Assembly (NCBI RefSeq): GCF_009914755.1 | Contig: NC_060946.1 | DNA from: the human T2T-CHM13v2.0 reference genome, Homo sapiens | Direction: 5' to 3' (one strand) | DNA length: 64,000 nucleotides | Part shown: in pieces, positions 27,803 to 42,653 of the stretch | Position numbering within the stretch: the stretch's first letter is position 1 | Layout of the letters: every line of letters begins with the position of its first letter | Translations under genes and position numbers: made by a program | The notes under the pieces: generated by a model | Seen by the model: the letters and a program-made list of their open reading frames with translations, nothing else | Databases searched by the model: none | What the model was told of the DNA's origin: nothing

Positions 27803-27971
27803 GTGATATTTCTGGGGGAGATAAATCCAAGAAAGGGGTAAAACGGAAGAAGATTTCAGAAGAGAGTGGAGAAACAGCAAAGCGGCGGTCTGCCCGTGTC
27901 CGAAACACCAAGTGCAAAAAAGAAGAGAAAGTAGACTTCCAGGAGCTTCTGATGAAGTTCTTGCCGTCCAG
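27803..27971 (+). CDS. CABIN1: Exon 10 (c.1094-1262) [17 protein letters not shown]...LPSR; basic, bipartite-NLS-like
   Basis: tgtgaag|GT ... CAG|gtactg; 169 nt. Confidence 0.95.
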
Positions 27972-28533
27972 GTACTGTGTATTTTTTCTGATTGTCAGAA
28001 ACAAACCCACAAAGCTCCAGCATACACCATCAGTAACATTTCTCATTCCATTGCCACCCTCTTCTCTGGTCTCCTCCTCTGTGTTCCCATAACATCTGTG
28101 CAGATGTCTGAAGCACAAATCTCACTGGAGTAGGATCTTGGATTTTTCTCGCCTCTTCCCACCTCTGAAATTCCTGAAGTCAGGAGCTGTGACTTGTTCA
28201 TCTTTTGAGAGCTAGAAGCAACATACTCATGTCCCTGTGTATTTACAAGACATCTATTTGTTGCTGGGAGGCAGAGGGGTGCTGTGCCTTGGGTGCAGAT
28301 GCCCTGAAAACCCCATGGAAGGGAGCTTCCCTCCTGCTTTCAGGGAGTCCGTGTCTACTTGATTTGCTCCAGGCTCAGCAGGATTCCCTTGCATTCTGAG
28401 AAGGTAGAGGAGGAGCTTGTGAAGTATTCCTGGGTTTCACTCATTCTTAGTGCTTCTCAGGAGCCTAGGGGACAAGCAGGAACCAGGCTCCCCAGAGCTG
28501 GGAGGGACTTGGTCCCCAGTGCTTCTTACTTAG

Positions 28534-28846
<313 letters not shown>

Positions 28847-29639
28847 AGTCCTTCTGCTTTTTGTCCTTGCCTGCTCACCTCCTTCAGAGGCTTTAGGATC
28901 CTCAATTTCTGAGCCTTCCTGGAGTTTATGGTGCCAGTGGGTTGGTTTCTTAATACTCCCCTTTCTCCTCCCTTAGCTGAGTGGAGAGGCCTCTCTCGGC
29001 AGACACCATTCTTCATTTGCACTGGGCCATCTGCCTTCTAACAGTTGGCTGGTACATTTTTTGTCTGCTGGGGCATCCTCGCCTATCTTCTGTCTTTGTG
29101 AGTTTATACCTTTTTTACTCCTTCGTTGTTACTGGAATGGAGTTTGGGAGCTAACCATATGTGTTCGATATGCCATCTTTAAACAGGAGTTAAACTATCT
29201 AGTTCTTTCCCATGACAGTTTATTTCAGTGGTAACAACATCAAAGTGGTGAAGGAGAAGCCAGAAGCTTTAGGTGGTTTGTAAATTTATTTTACAGCAAG
29301 ATTCCTAATTTTCTTAATTTGTTGTCTTTCTGAGGTGAAGGTGAAATGCTTAGAAATAATGATTGTTCTCAGTACTTGACGCAGAACCAAAGTGGGGCTG
29401 CAGTGCCTTCTGATGAATTTTTCTTAAGGGGTAATACCAGAAGAAAGTTTCTCTTTGGAAGAACTGCAGGATTGTTCTTTGGTTGATGGTGCCAAGAGAT
29501 TTGAGTGACCCTATATTCCCCTTAGCCCTGCTTTTTACTCCAAGGTCTTGTTCCCTAGTCCCATTTACCTGGATGGTTTCGACTTTCTTTTTAATCTTCA
29601 TTTTAGTTGTTGGTTTCGTTTGTGGTTTAGTGTCTGCTC

Positions 29640-29930
29640 CTTTGTTGTTTATTTTTGTTAGAGATGGGGTCTTGCCCTGTTGCCTAGGCTGGAGTACAGT
29701 GGCACAATCATAGCTCACTGTGGCCTTGAACTCCTGGACTCAAGGGATCCTCCTGAATACCCAGGACCACAGGTGCACACCACTATGCCCAGCTAATTTT
29801 ATTTCTTGTTTTTTGTAGAGATGAGGTCTTGCTATATTGCCCAGGCTGATCTTGAACTCCTGGCCTCAAGCCGTCCTTCTGCCTCCACCTCCCAAAATGT
29901 TGAGATTACAATCTTGAGCAACCACACTTA
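29640..29930 (-). mobile_element. AluJ-like
   Basis: Antisense dimer, diverged. Confidence 0.82.
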
Positions 29931-30239
29931 ACTTAGTTTCTGCTTCTTTGAATGGTCAAGGCAAGAGCAACATGGTAGCTCGCCTGATGGAGTCACCCTG
30001 GGAGTGTGTGCAATACGTGAATGAAGACATTCACAAGTGCCCTGAGTGTTTATGCTGCAGGGGTTCTGGGTTGAGGGAACACCACAAGGTTGGCTGAAAT
30101 GGGTCCTTGGGAGGAGTGCCTGCCAGGAGAGGCATCCCCAGTCCCGAGACTGGGCCCACCCACAGCTTTGTGAGGAGCCACGGAAGGACCAAGTTCAGAT
30201 GAGCTTGATGTATCCCCCAAACTCCCACCTATCTATCCG

Positions 30240-30630
30240 CTTTCCACCTTAGTTGTTGGGCTCCCATGAGGTCCTAGAACACACCAGGTGCTCTTCTGGC
30301 CTGTGCCTTTGTACCTGTTCTTGTCCTGCATCTTTGTATTGCAAGCCCTTCTCCTCCTCCAGTGTGTCAGCATGAACATTATCCCCTCTCAAAGGCTTTC
30401 TCTGACCCTGCTCTCTAAAGCAGGGCCCTTTTGACCCATAGTCTCAAGCACTCTGTTGTGAGGTGGTCCTTATTTGGGTTAGTTTGTGTACCTGCTTATT
30501 GGCTGTGTCTCTCTAGAGGGTAAGCTTACTGCAGGCAGGATCTGCCACATTTAGGGCTGCTGTATTTGGTGCCTAGCACAGTGCCTGGCACATAGCTGGT
30601 GCTCGGTAATCATCTGTTGATGAGATGAAT
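30240..30630. mobile_element. L2 3' fragment
   Basis: gtgcctagcacagtgcctggcacatag...tgttgatgagatgaatga. Confidence 0.65.
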
Positions 30631-30837
30631 GACCGAGACAGGATACAGACCAAATGCTGGCTCATGAGGCCCTGGAGAGAGGCAGAGCCTCCTGGAGGCC
30701 TGGGTTCTGGACCCCACCACCCACTTATTTTAGCTGCCTTCTTCCTGACTCAGATTTAGTTTCTCTAACAGGAAGAGTTCAGATGCTTGTGTCAGAACGT
30801 GTGTTGTGACTTTGTGATTTTGGCATGTTACATGCAG

Positions 30838-30974
30838 GTTAAGAAAGCTGGACCCTGAGGAGGAAGATGATTCCTTTAATAACTATGAAGTCCAGTCAGA
30901 AGCCAAACTGGAAAGCTTCCCAAGCATTGGGCCTCAAAGGCTGTCATTTGACTCAGCCACATTCATGGAATCTG
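30838..30974 (+). CDS. CABIN1: Exon 11 (c.1263-1399) [11 protein letters not shown]...FMES
   Basis: catgcag|GTTA ... CTG|gtagga; 137 nt; frame fixed by neighbouring exons. Confidence 0.93.
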
Positions 30975-31534
30975 GTAGGAATCGAGCAGTGTGACCATTC
31001 ACTTTGGGAATTCTTCTTCCCACTATCCTATAACCTGCTTATGTTTTGTTCTGGGAGAATGGTTCTGGGGTGTTTTTTAGTGTGGCCAAGAGTCTGCCTG
31101 GATTAGTCTTGGACCTAAGCCCTGTGGTCAGCTTGGAGGTCTTCTGAAATGTCCAGGCTCATACTTGCTATGCTTTCTTATGGCCAAATTCAGAGACTTC
31201 GCTTTGCAAATTGAATCTATATAAGCACACCTGTTGAGTGTGTATCAGTGTATAACTGTTGAGTGAGATTAGTGCACATGGCAGCACTTGGAGGTCTGCC
31301 CTTTTGATGTCCACCTTAGATACGGAGATTCAGAGAGGCTCAATCATAGCTGCTGAGGGTTGGAGCCAGGCATTGAACCCAGTAGCCTGATCTCAGCACC
31401 ACAACGTGGTATCATGTCCACCTGGATCAGATGGTAGAGGGAGGGAACAGTCTTTACTGTCCCAAAGTAAATAGGAGACCCTGGCATGGAAGGTACTCTT
31501 TATTCAAGTCAGGTTGTTCTTGCTCCCCGGGCAG

Positions 31535-31752
31535 AAAAGCAGGACGTGCATGAGTTCCTGCTGGAGAACCTAACCAACGGGGGCATCCTGGAGCTGATGA
31601 TGCGCTACCTGAAAGCCATGGGCCACAAGTTCTTGGTAAGGTGGCCTCCAGGCTTGGCGGAGGTCGTGCTCAGCGTCTACCACAGCTGGAGGAGGCACAG
31701 CACCAGCCTGCCCAACCCGCTGCTGAGGGACTGCAGCAACAAGCACATCAAG
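31535..31752 (+). CDS. CABIN1: Exon 12 (c.1400-1617) [10 protein letters not shown]...NKHIK
   Basis: ccgggcag|AA ... AAG|gttagg; 218 nt. Confidence 0.95.
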
Positions 31753-32220
31753 GTTAGGGGGAGCCTCTCAAGGGCTGGTATTGAACTGGGACCAGGGCAT
31801 GGGGACAGGGATCTTGCATGGGTGTGGGGCTGCTGTTGTGTTTGGCTGCATCTACTTGTGGGCCTGGAACCTGGTTTTTTTGTGGGTGTCGAAGCAGGAA
31901 GTCACTGAACCTAGTTTGTGCCTAGAAAGCTCCCTGATGGCTGAGTGGAGGATACACTTAGGGGTGAGAGTGGGCTCACGGGGCTATCAGGAGGCTGCTG
32001 CCATGCCAGGGGAGCAGTGGCTGAGATCCAGTGGTAATAGTGGGGTGCTGGTTTGTGGTTGCAGAGCTGATAGGTTGAACTAGACATGGGATGTGTGAGG
32101 GAATGAGAGTCATGGGGAGGGCTTCTCGGGTTGTTTACTGAGTCACAGGAAGCCTTGCCAGGAGAAGCTGGAGGAAAGGGAAACATTTGGTTTGTTTGAG
32201 TTGGCAAGGACTGTGACTGA

Positions 32221-32693
<473 letters not shown>

Positions 32694-33557
32694 TATGACT
32701 ATTTTTAACAGATGATAAAACAGCAGAAGCTAAATAGCGTGCTTAGAGAAGCTTTGGGGGCCACCAGCAGTAGGGGGCTGAGCCTCACTGAGCCTTGTCT
32801 TCCTGCTGCATTCCACACCCCAGCCTCCTCCACTTGGTGCCTCCTGGAGCTCAAGGGAACACAAGGTGCTCTGGCCCCTTACTCCTGTTGGAGGTGGGAC
32901 ACTGAATGCTGAAGCAGGAGCACCAGGAACATTCAGGGATGCCTGGTGGTCTTTCTGACTTGAGAGCACAGGAGGTAGAAGAGCTTGTAGGTCAGTCATC
33001 CCTTGGTGGGCACCCTCCACTGAGTTACCTCAGGGCAACCTCCTGGCAGCTTCTGCCCACCAGGCCATGCTCCCCTGGGGCAGTTGTGAAACAGCAGGAG
33101 GAACCAGGGCTTTGATCCCCAGGCAAAGCAGGCTGATGATCACCTTCCAGCTGTGCCCAATGGGCAAGTGCCTTCTCATCACTGAGCCTCAGCTTCCTCA
33201 AGTGCCCTGGGAATGGTATACCAGCTGCCCAGAACTTTTAAGGGTTGAGTTCTATAATTTGGATGCAGTGTCCGTCCCAGCACTTGGCAGGTGACAGGGC
33301 TGCCTCTTCAACAGGACAAGAACTCTGAAGACCGGTCTCCTGGCCTCTCCCAAGTCTTGTCCCAACATACATCCATGTGGCTCTTTTTATGTTCTGGCGA
33401 GTAGCCACTGATTATCACTTATGAAATGGCAAGTGGATAGAAAGAATTATATTTTTATCAAAAAGTATAGTTTTGTTTCCTTCCACAGCCCCCTACCCCC
33501 CACACTGTGAAGAGGCTTTGTGATACTGTTCTTGACCTTCCTGTGTCTGTCCTGCAG

Positions 33558-33636
33558 GACATGATGCTGATGTCTCTCTCCTGCATGGAACTCCAGCTGG
33601 ACCAGTGGCTGCTGACCAAAGGCAGAAGCTCTGCAG
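33558..33636 (+). CDS. CABIN1: Exon 13 (c.1618-1696) [17 protein letters not shown]...SSA
   Basis: cctgcag|GAC ... CAG|gtagga; 79 nt. Confidence 0.94.
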
Positions 33637-33951
33637 GTAGGAGGCATTATGTGTTCTGTGGCCAGGCTAATATCTGAACCCCCAGCAGCTGGGAGAAAGC
33701 TGAGGCGGGAGACTGAGTCATGGAATTTAGCCTTATATCTACAGTAGGCACATTTTTTGGGTTGGCTTGTCAGGGTCCCAGGGAAATCTCCTGGATACTC
33801 AAGAAGTGGTTAGCAGTAGCTGAGCCCCCAGAGGGAGCCACCTCCCTGCTTTGCTGTTACACAAGATTGAAGGAAGTGGGATCTCAGTTTTGGTGTGACT
33901 GTTCAATGCAGTGCTTTATGTATTATGTAGCTTCAGTAATTTTTCTGGTGA

Positions 33952-34282
<331 letters not shown>

Positions 34283-34569
34283 TAAACTACCACCTGGTGG
34301 AATGTAGATATACTCAATGCTGTCTGTAAAATTGCTTCCCCTTGCCCTTGCCCCTGACTCTCGGCAGGGGGCAGGGTCTCTGCATATCTTTGTCTTAACT
34401 GGTCCAACCTCTCTGATGCCTGCCACTCAGGGAGCTGTAGGGCTCTGAGGGGCTTAGGGTGCCCCTGGAGATAGGGTGGGTGTGGTTAGGGCCAAGTGCA
34501 ACTTCTGAGAAGCAGAAGGGCATTAGAATGCTACACATGAAGTTGACTCGTTGGCCTGATGGTTTTTAG

Positions 34570-34757
34570 TGTCTCCTCGGAACTGCCCTGCTGGTATGGT
34601 GAATGGCAGATTTGGACCTGACTTCCCAGGGACCCACTGCCTGGGTGACCTCCTACAGCTGTCATTTGCCTCGTCCCAGCGCGACCTGTTCGAGGATGGT
34701 TGGCTGGAGTTTGTGGTCCGTGTTTACTGGCTGAAGGCTCGCTTCCTGGCGCTGCAG
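34570..34757 (+). CDS. CABIN1: Exon 14 (c.1697-1884) VSPRNCPAG...FLALQ
   Basis: tttttag|TG ... CAG|gttagt; 188 nt. Confidence 0.95.
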
Positions 34758-34834
34758 GTTAGTTCCATGGTCAGCTGCTTGGGGAGCATGCCCTGACACC
34801 CAGCAGGGTGGGCAGAAAATTGACCATGTTGAGG

Positions 34835-34888
34835 GTGTGTGTGTGTATGTGTGTGTGTGTGTGTGTGTGCATGCATGTGTACATGCAT
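34835..34888 (+). repeat. Imperfect (TG)n grading into TGCATG repeats
   Basis: Direct reading, about 80 nt downstream of the exon 14 donor. Confidence 0.9.
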
Positions 34889-35645
34889 AGCACCTGCCCG
34901 GGCACTGGGCTTGGCATGAGAAAGTGTGACACAGTGGGGAATTCTCAGCATCTCAGACTTCCAAGCATGATACCAATCTGTAAAGCTCTTTAGCATAACC
35001 ACAGAGCTCTGGAAGGCATTTGCTCTGCCTCTACCTCCCCCACTCAAGATTGCCTTGGCATCTTGACTCTTTGCTTATGTTTTCCTGAGAGAGCCCGAGC
35101 AAGTGAATAAACAGATACAGAGCTTTCTAGGAGGGAATTATTCACCTGTTTTATGAGAGTTCTGGGAAAGCTTCCCTTCAGAGCCTGGTCTGGAAGGCCA
35201 GGATGGATTGGCTGTTACCTAGCACCTTGCACATGGTGGTACTGGTACACTGTGGTAGAATGAGTCAAGAGATTGCTAGGGCCCTGTCAGCAACCATTTA
35301 GTCTAAAGAAAGCAACACTGTTTGATGTGAAGAACATTAGTTCTGGAATTAGGACAGGCCTGGCTTCTAATTCTGGCTTTGCTCAAGTGTCCTCAGTGTT
35401 TTCATCTGCAACATGGGGTTTATGATATCTCCCCTCGCAGAGTTGACATGGACTGTTCATTTAGTCAACAAGTATTTATTGAGCCCAAGCTACATGCCAG
35501 GCCTTTCTTAGGGGGGTACAGTGTAATTGGTAAAAAACCCACCCTCATGGCCTCCACAGTCTAGTGAGATAAGTGGTGTAAAGCATCTGGCACATCATAG
35601 TCAGTCTTCTGCTTTGGTTCCCTGACCTGTTTTCCGTCTAACCAG

Positions 35646-35798
35646 GGAGACATGGAGCAGGCCCTGGAGAACTATGACATCTGCACAGAAATGCTCCAGA
35701 GTTCCACCGCCATCCAGGTGGAGGCAGGGGCTGAACGAAGAGACATTGTCATCCGGCTGCCCAACCTCCATAATGACTCTGTGGTTTCCCTGGAGGAG
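35646..35798 (+). CDS. CABIN1: Exon 15 (c.1885-2037) [10 protein letters not shown]...SLEE
   Basis: ctaaccag|GGA ... GAG|gtaagt; 153 nt. Confidence 0.95.
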
Positions 35799-35815
35799 GT
35801 AAGTGAGAATTTTCG

Positions 35816-37671
<1,856 letters not shown>

Positions 37672-38597
37672 TGAAAGGTTTTAAATGGTATTTTTTAGTC
37701 AAAGGTTTCTTGTGATTTGGCATAGTTAGCCCAGGGTTGACCTGTTTCTGAGGAACAAGAGAGCTTCCCATATGCTGAGTGGGGCCTCTGTTGGGAAGAC
37801 AGGAGAGGCCTGGGAAAGGCTGCTGTAGTACACTGGGACACTGCAGATCCTTGGTGGAAAGCAGGTGTGGGAGCTCTCACCAGCACTATTTAGAAGCAGT
37901 CATTGCTCTGCTCTCCTGGCTATGTGTGGCAGCCACCCCAGTGGAACTGGAAGGAAATATCAGCTGGAGCAGACCAGTATTGGGCTGGCCATGGGGTTGA
38001 GTCAGCAGTGTGTGGCCTATATGCCAAGTTCCACCCAGGTGCCACTTTATTCATTGTGCAGCTCCAGACCCTGCTGCAGTTCTGCATCTGTGACATGTCC
38101 ACACTGGCTGAAAGTGGCCTTCAGACTCTCCTAGAGTTATTTCAGGGACAAGTACAAGTACAGAGCTGTCTACATGCCAGGGCTTCGTCAGGTCCTGCAT
38201 GTAGCGTATGACAACCTCTGGTCCAGGCTTGCTGAGTCTCTGACAACCCGATGTTCCGCAGTTCTGCAAGACTGGTTCGCCGAACTGTGACCACAAGGCT
38301 GTCCAGCTATCTTGGTGGATGCTTTCCTGGAACTCCTCTGCTTCTGAGTAGTTTTTGGTTTTTGATGTGCTTGTTTTTTAAAGAATTGGATGCCTAGCCA
38401 TTAATAGAAATACTTTTAACACATACGTTTAGTGTAAACACTGATGTATGAAGGAGGAATCTAATTTTTTTTGGGCTGGAACATAGTCTAATTTTTATTC
38501 TCCTCATCCAAGTCTGATAAAAACAAACACTGGCCAGATTTGGTGGGGCAGGGGCTGAGGGGTTTACCCTCATACAGCATTGCCGGGCCTTTTTCAG

Positions 38598-38792
38598 ATT
38601 GATAAGAACCTGAAGTCGCTGGAGCGGTGCCAGTCCCTGGAGGAGATTCAGCGGCTGTATGAAGCAGGCGACTACAAGGCTGTTGTGCATCTGCTCCGCC
38701 CCACTTTGTGCACCAGTGGGTTTGACCGGGCCAAACACCTGGAGTTTATGACTTCCATTCCTGAGAGGCCAGCCCAGCTGCTTCTTCTGCAG
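38598..38792 (+). CDS. CABIN1: Exon 16 (c.2038-2232) [10 protein letters not shown]...LLLLQ
   Basis: ttttcag|ATT ... CAG|gtgtgt; 195 nt. Confidence 0.95.
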
Positions 38793-40189
38793 GTGTGTGC
38801 TGCCAGTGTCCCTCACACCCACTTGCACCTTCTCTCCTTGCTTGTTTGTGTTTATTCTCTGGAGGTTCTGCGGTAGTTCTTAAGAATGTATAGCTAGAAG
38901 AGAGTGGATGTCAAAACCACTAAGCCCCCAGGAAGATGTTAGTCAGAAGATATGGTCAAGACTAATGGAAAGTTAGAACCAAGGAGTGCAGGTTCTAGGG
39001 TTCTGCGTGGCTCAGGGTGAACCCCACACTTGACTCAGAACTTCTGTGTGGCAGAGGAGGAAGGAAGAATGGTCAGGTCATCATCTGTCCATCCACTTGT
39101 TTATTCATCCATCTTGTTTTGTATTGCTTTTTAAGGTAAATATAAAAGTGGCTAAAATATCTGTACAGTGGAAAGAATCAAGATAAAATAAAGACCAATG
39201 TGTTGAAGAAAAATAACACTAGCCTTATGTTTGAAACCTCGTGTGCCCTCCTGAATCCTTCTGTGCTTCTGTTCCTCAGGAGGTAAACTCTTACCAAGAG
39301 CCTGCCAGGGAACTGGCAGCTGCTGGGTGCTGGGCAGTTATTCAACCTCTCTGAGCTCAGTTCCTCATTTCTAGGATAGGGATGACCAATGTCCTTAGCT
39401 CAGAGTCCTGTTGTAGGGATTACACAAGGTAATGTGTGTTGGCACCATGCCTGGCACTAGCAGGTGCTGTGGAGGTACTGCTGTCATCGTTGCCACCATC
39501 CTCAGGAGGGTTGAGTTGGCACCGAGATAAACATGGAAGATAATACGCAAAATATGCTTAGTGGCATTGAGTCCTGGTCCCTTATGCTTCATCCTACTAA
39601 TCACATTGTGTTTTGTATCTATGGGGTACTTCCCTTTCAATTTGGAAAGAGAGTCCAGTCTTCTCCCAGGCTTTTTGCACAGATTGCACGAAGCATTTTA
39701 ATCATTAACATTGTTGAACTGGGAAATAGTTAAGAGGTGCGACTATGGGAACAAATGGAAGCACCTCAGTCATGGGGAAAGGGTAAGAAAGAGTTGGTTT
39801 GGGGAAGCAGGAGGGAGAAGGGGGTGGAGGGAAGGAGGCTCCAGCTCCTGGCAGAGGAGGTCAGTCAGGCCCAAGCCAAGATCAGCGGATGAGATGTGTG
39901 TGACCTGTTACCTGGCAGGCTGCAAGGTGGCCCAGCATGGCTATGTGTGGGAGGGACAGCCAGCATACCAGGAAGGGTGCTGGGTGGGAGAAAGGGGAGA
40001 GAGGCCAGTGGTCTCTGCCTCCATAGGATGGCCTCAATGCTCAGATGTGGTCTTGCTCTTATTGTCTTCTAGAACAGCTGGATGTGGCAGGATACCCCAT
40101 TGATGGGGGAGGAACTGCTGCTTGGGCAGGCGCTGAGCTGTGATAAGGGCTGTGCTTGAGGTCGGAGCCGAATGCTGTGGAAGCTCCTG

Positions 40190-41200
40190 CTTTTTGTGAA
40201 TTAAGGTTTCCTGATTATTGCTCAGTTTTGTATTGAGAGTGTTTTCTTATTGATTTGGAGTGCTTTTTTTTGTATATTAAAGATAGTAATCTTTTTCTCA
40301 ACAAATCTTGCAAATATTTTTTTCCCAATTGTTTGCTTTTAAATTGCAGAGAGGTTCTGAATTTTTATGCTGTCACATCTTTTGATGTTTTCATACATGT
40401 GTGATTTTGTTCATGGTTCACTGTGTTTTTTGTTCCTATGCTTAGACAGTCTTTCCAAGAGTGGAGAAATATTCATCCATTTGTTCTACACACATAGCTT
40501 GAGCTTTTATGGGGTGCCTGGCACTGGGCCAAGAGGAAGGCTGCTCTGAGGGACCCCATGTTCTCGAGGGGGGGCAGACAAGAGACCCATCAACAGAGAG
40601 ATAAAAAGAGTATTTGCTTTTGTTTTATTCCCGCAGTGTTAATGTTTTATGTTTTGCATTTAACTTGTTTCATTTAGCTTTTCTCAAGTGGGGCATTGAA
40701 CTTGCAGTCTTTTCCTGTGGGTGTATAGTGGCGCTTTCTTCCAGTGGGCAAGCTGCCTATTATGTTCTTCAGTCTAATTGGATAGTTTGTGTCTTGTTGA
40801 GTTGATTCTTAGTCCTTAATATTTTTGGTTGCTATATTGAGCAGAATCTTTTTGTTGTTCACTATCTTTTCCATGTATTCCTACGTTGCTGGCTTATAGA
40901 AACCCTATTGATTTTTTTGTGTTTGAGTCTGGGTGCTTCACTGAGTTCCCATTATTTCTTGTTTTCTGTCTGGCTTGTTTTATTGTGTTTGGGTAGATGA
41001 TTGTGTTGCCCCCAGTCGATGGTAATTTGGTCTCCTCATTCATTGGTGTTTATTCTACTTTTTTGCTCTGTCTGGCCTTGAGCCCTGGAGATTATGTCAT
41101 ATTTTAGAGCACCGTTAGCAGGTCCTTGTCTTGTCCCTGACTTTCACAATGACTCTGGTTGCATTTAGTAGTCTTTATCATGCTGGAAAATAATCCTCTG
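40190..41200 (-). mobile_element. Highly degenerate L1ME-like fragments
   Basis: T-rich; cttgcaaatattttttcccaattgtttgc and similar L1 antisense motifs. Confidence 0.5.
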
Positions 41201-42410
41201 GCTCTCACATGTTGGGTGTTTTGACCAGGAGGCATCAGCTCAGGCTTTGGACTCCCACATCAGCACCCTGTAGGCACCCTCGCACCCCAGTGGCCTCCTG
41301 GTAAAGGCTGCTGGCTTTCTCTAATGAAACACGGGCCCCATTTTCCTGGCAATTAGGATTTATAAATTGGGGGGGGTTTTGATCTGTGTTCAGATACCAC
41401 ACCACATTCCAAAGGCAGTTCCAGGTATTTCTGACCCCACACCTGTTGGTCTCACCTCAGAGAGTGGCAGCTGCACATGTCAAGGTTGGGAGGAGCCGCT
41501 GCCAGGCCTGGGCTGTGGCGAGGTTAGAGCCCAATGGGTCACCGGGCAGCAGGTGCTTCCTGTAGGTGTAACAAGCGTCCCACCAGATCTGTGAATTCAC
41601 AGACAGGCTGTGTTTCCCCATGCACCAGCACAGTGATGAGAGATCCCAGGCATTTAAATGGGTTGTATTCTAGGCCAAAAAAAAAAAAAAAGGAGCTTTG
41701 CGAAAAGCAGTGGTTTCCAAAGAGAAGCTTTTAAAATAGAAGTAACAGTTCAGTGTGGTGTTCTGAGAGTTCTTCCATGTGCCAGGCACTGTGCTGAGTG
41801 TAATATGCACATCAGCTCATTTAATGCCCACAGTGCCGCTGAGGGGATGATGTGGTGGCTGAGGCTCAAATGGCTTACACATTGGCCCCATCAGGGCACC
41901 TGGGGAGGAGGAGGCTGATAGAGTGATGACTTTAGTGTTGCCTGGCCAGTTGCCCCTGTTGTGGCCTTGGCTCAGGCCCTCCTCCGCTGAGGTAGTCCCT
42001 CCCTGGCAGTCTGCCCCTTTGCTGCTGAACCCCCTCCAGAGCCCTGGCACTGGATGGGCACAGTGGCTCTGGGGAGAGCTGACAGGTGTTGGGGTGCCTG
42101 TCTCACCTTGGCTGGCTCTGCAGCCTCATTCCCAGCATCCCCACTTTATAAATGGGGAAGTTGAGGTACAGAGGTGAAGCCTTTCTGAAAGCTCCCTGGC
42201 TGGTGACATTCTCTGCTGCCATTGCACACAGGCCACTGGACTGCCCTTCTAGGCACCTCCGGGCTGCATGGGGCCTATGTTGTGCTGGGGCTCGTTCTTC
42301 CCTTTCTTTTGCTGCCCCTCATCTGTTTTCCTTCAGTTGTCTCTGCTCAGGCCTTGGGCCCAGATGTGCTGAGCTCACCGTGCACTTCACCTGGCTTCTT
42401 GCTGTACTAG

Positions 42411-42653
42411 GACTCCTTGCTCCGGCTGAAGGACTATCGGCAGTGTTTTGAGTGTTCCGATGTGGCTCTGAACGAGGCTGTCCAGCAGATGGTGAACTCA
42501 GGTGAGGCTGCCGCCAAGGAGGAGTGGGTGGCCACAGTGACCCAACTGCTGATGGGCATCGAGCAGGCCCTCTCTGCGGACAGCAGTGGTAGCATCCTGA
42601 AGGTATCATCCTCCACCACTGGCCTTGTGCGGCTCACCAACAACCTCATCCAG
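42411..42653 (+). CDS. CABIN1: Exon 17 (c.2233-2475) DSLLRLKDY...NNLIQ
   Basis: gtactag|GAC ... CAG|gtaacc; 243 nt. Confidence 0.95.

Noticed and set aside
37920-38102. FQFHWG resemblance to the carbonic anhydrase QFHFHWG motif in a minus-strand ORF
   Set aside because: Lacks the HxH zinc ligands and any flanking similarity
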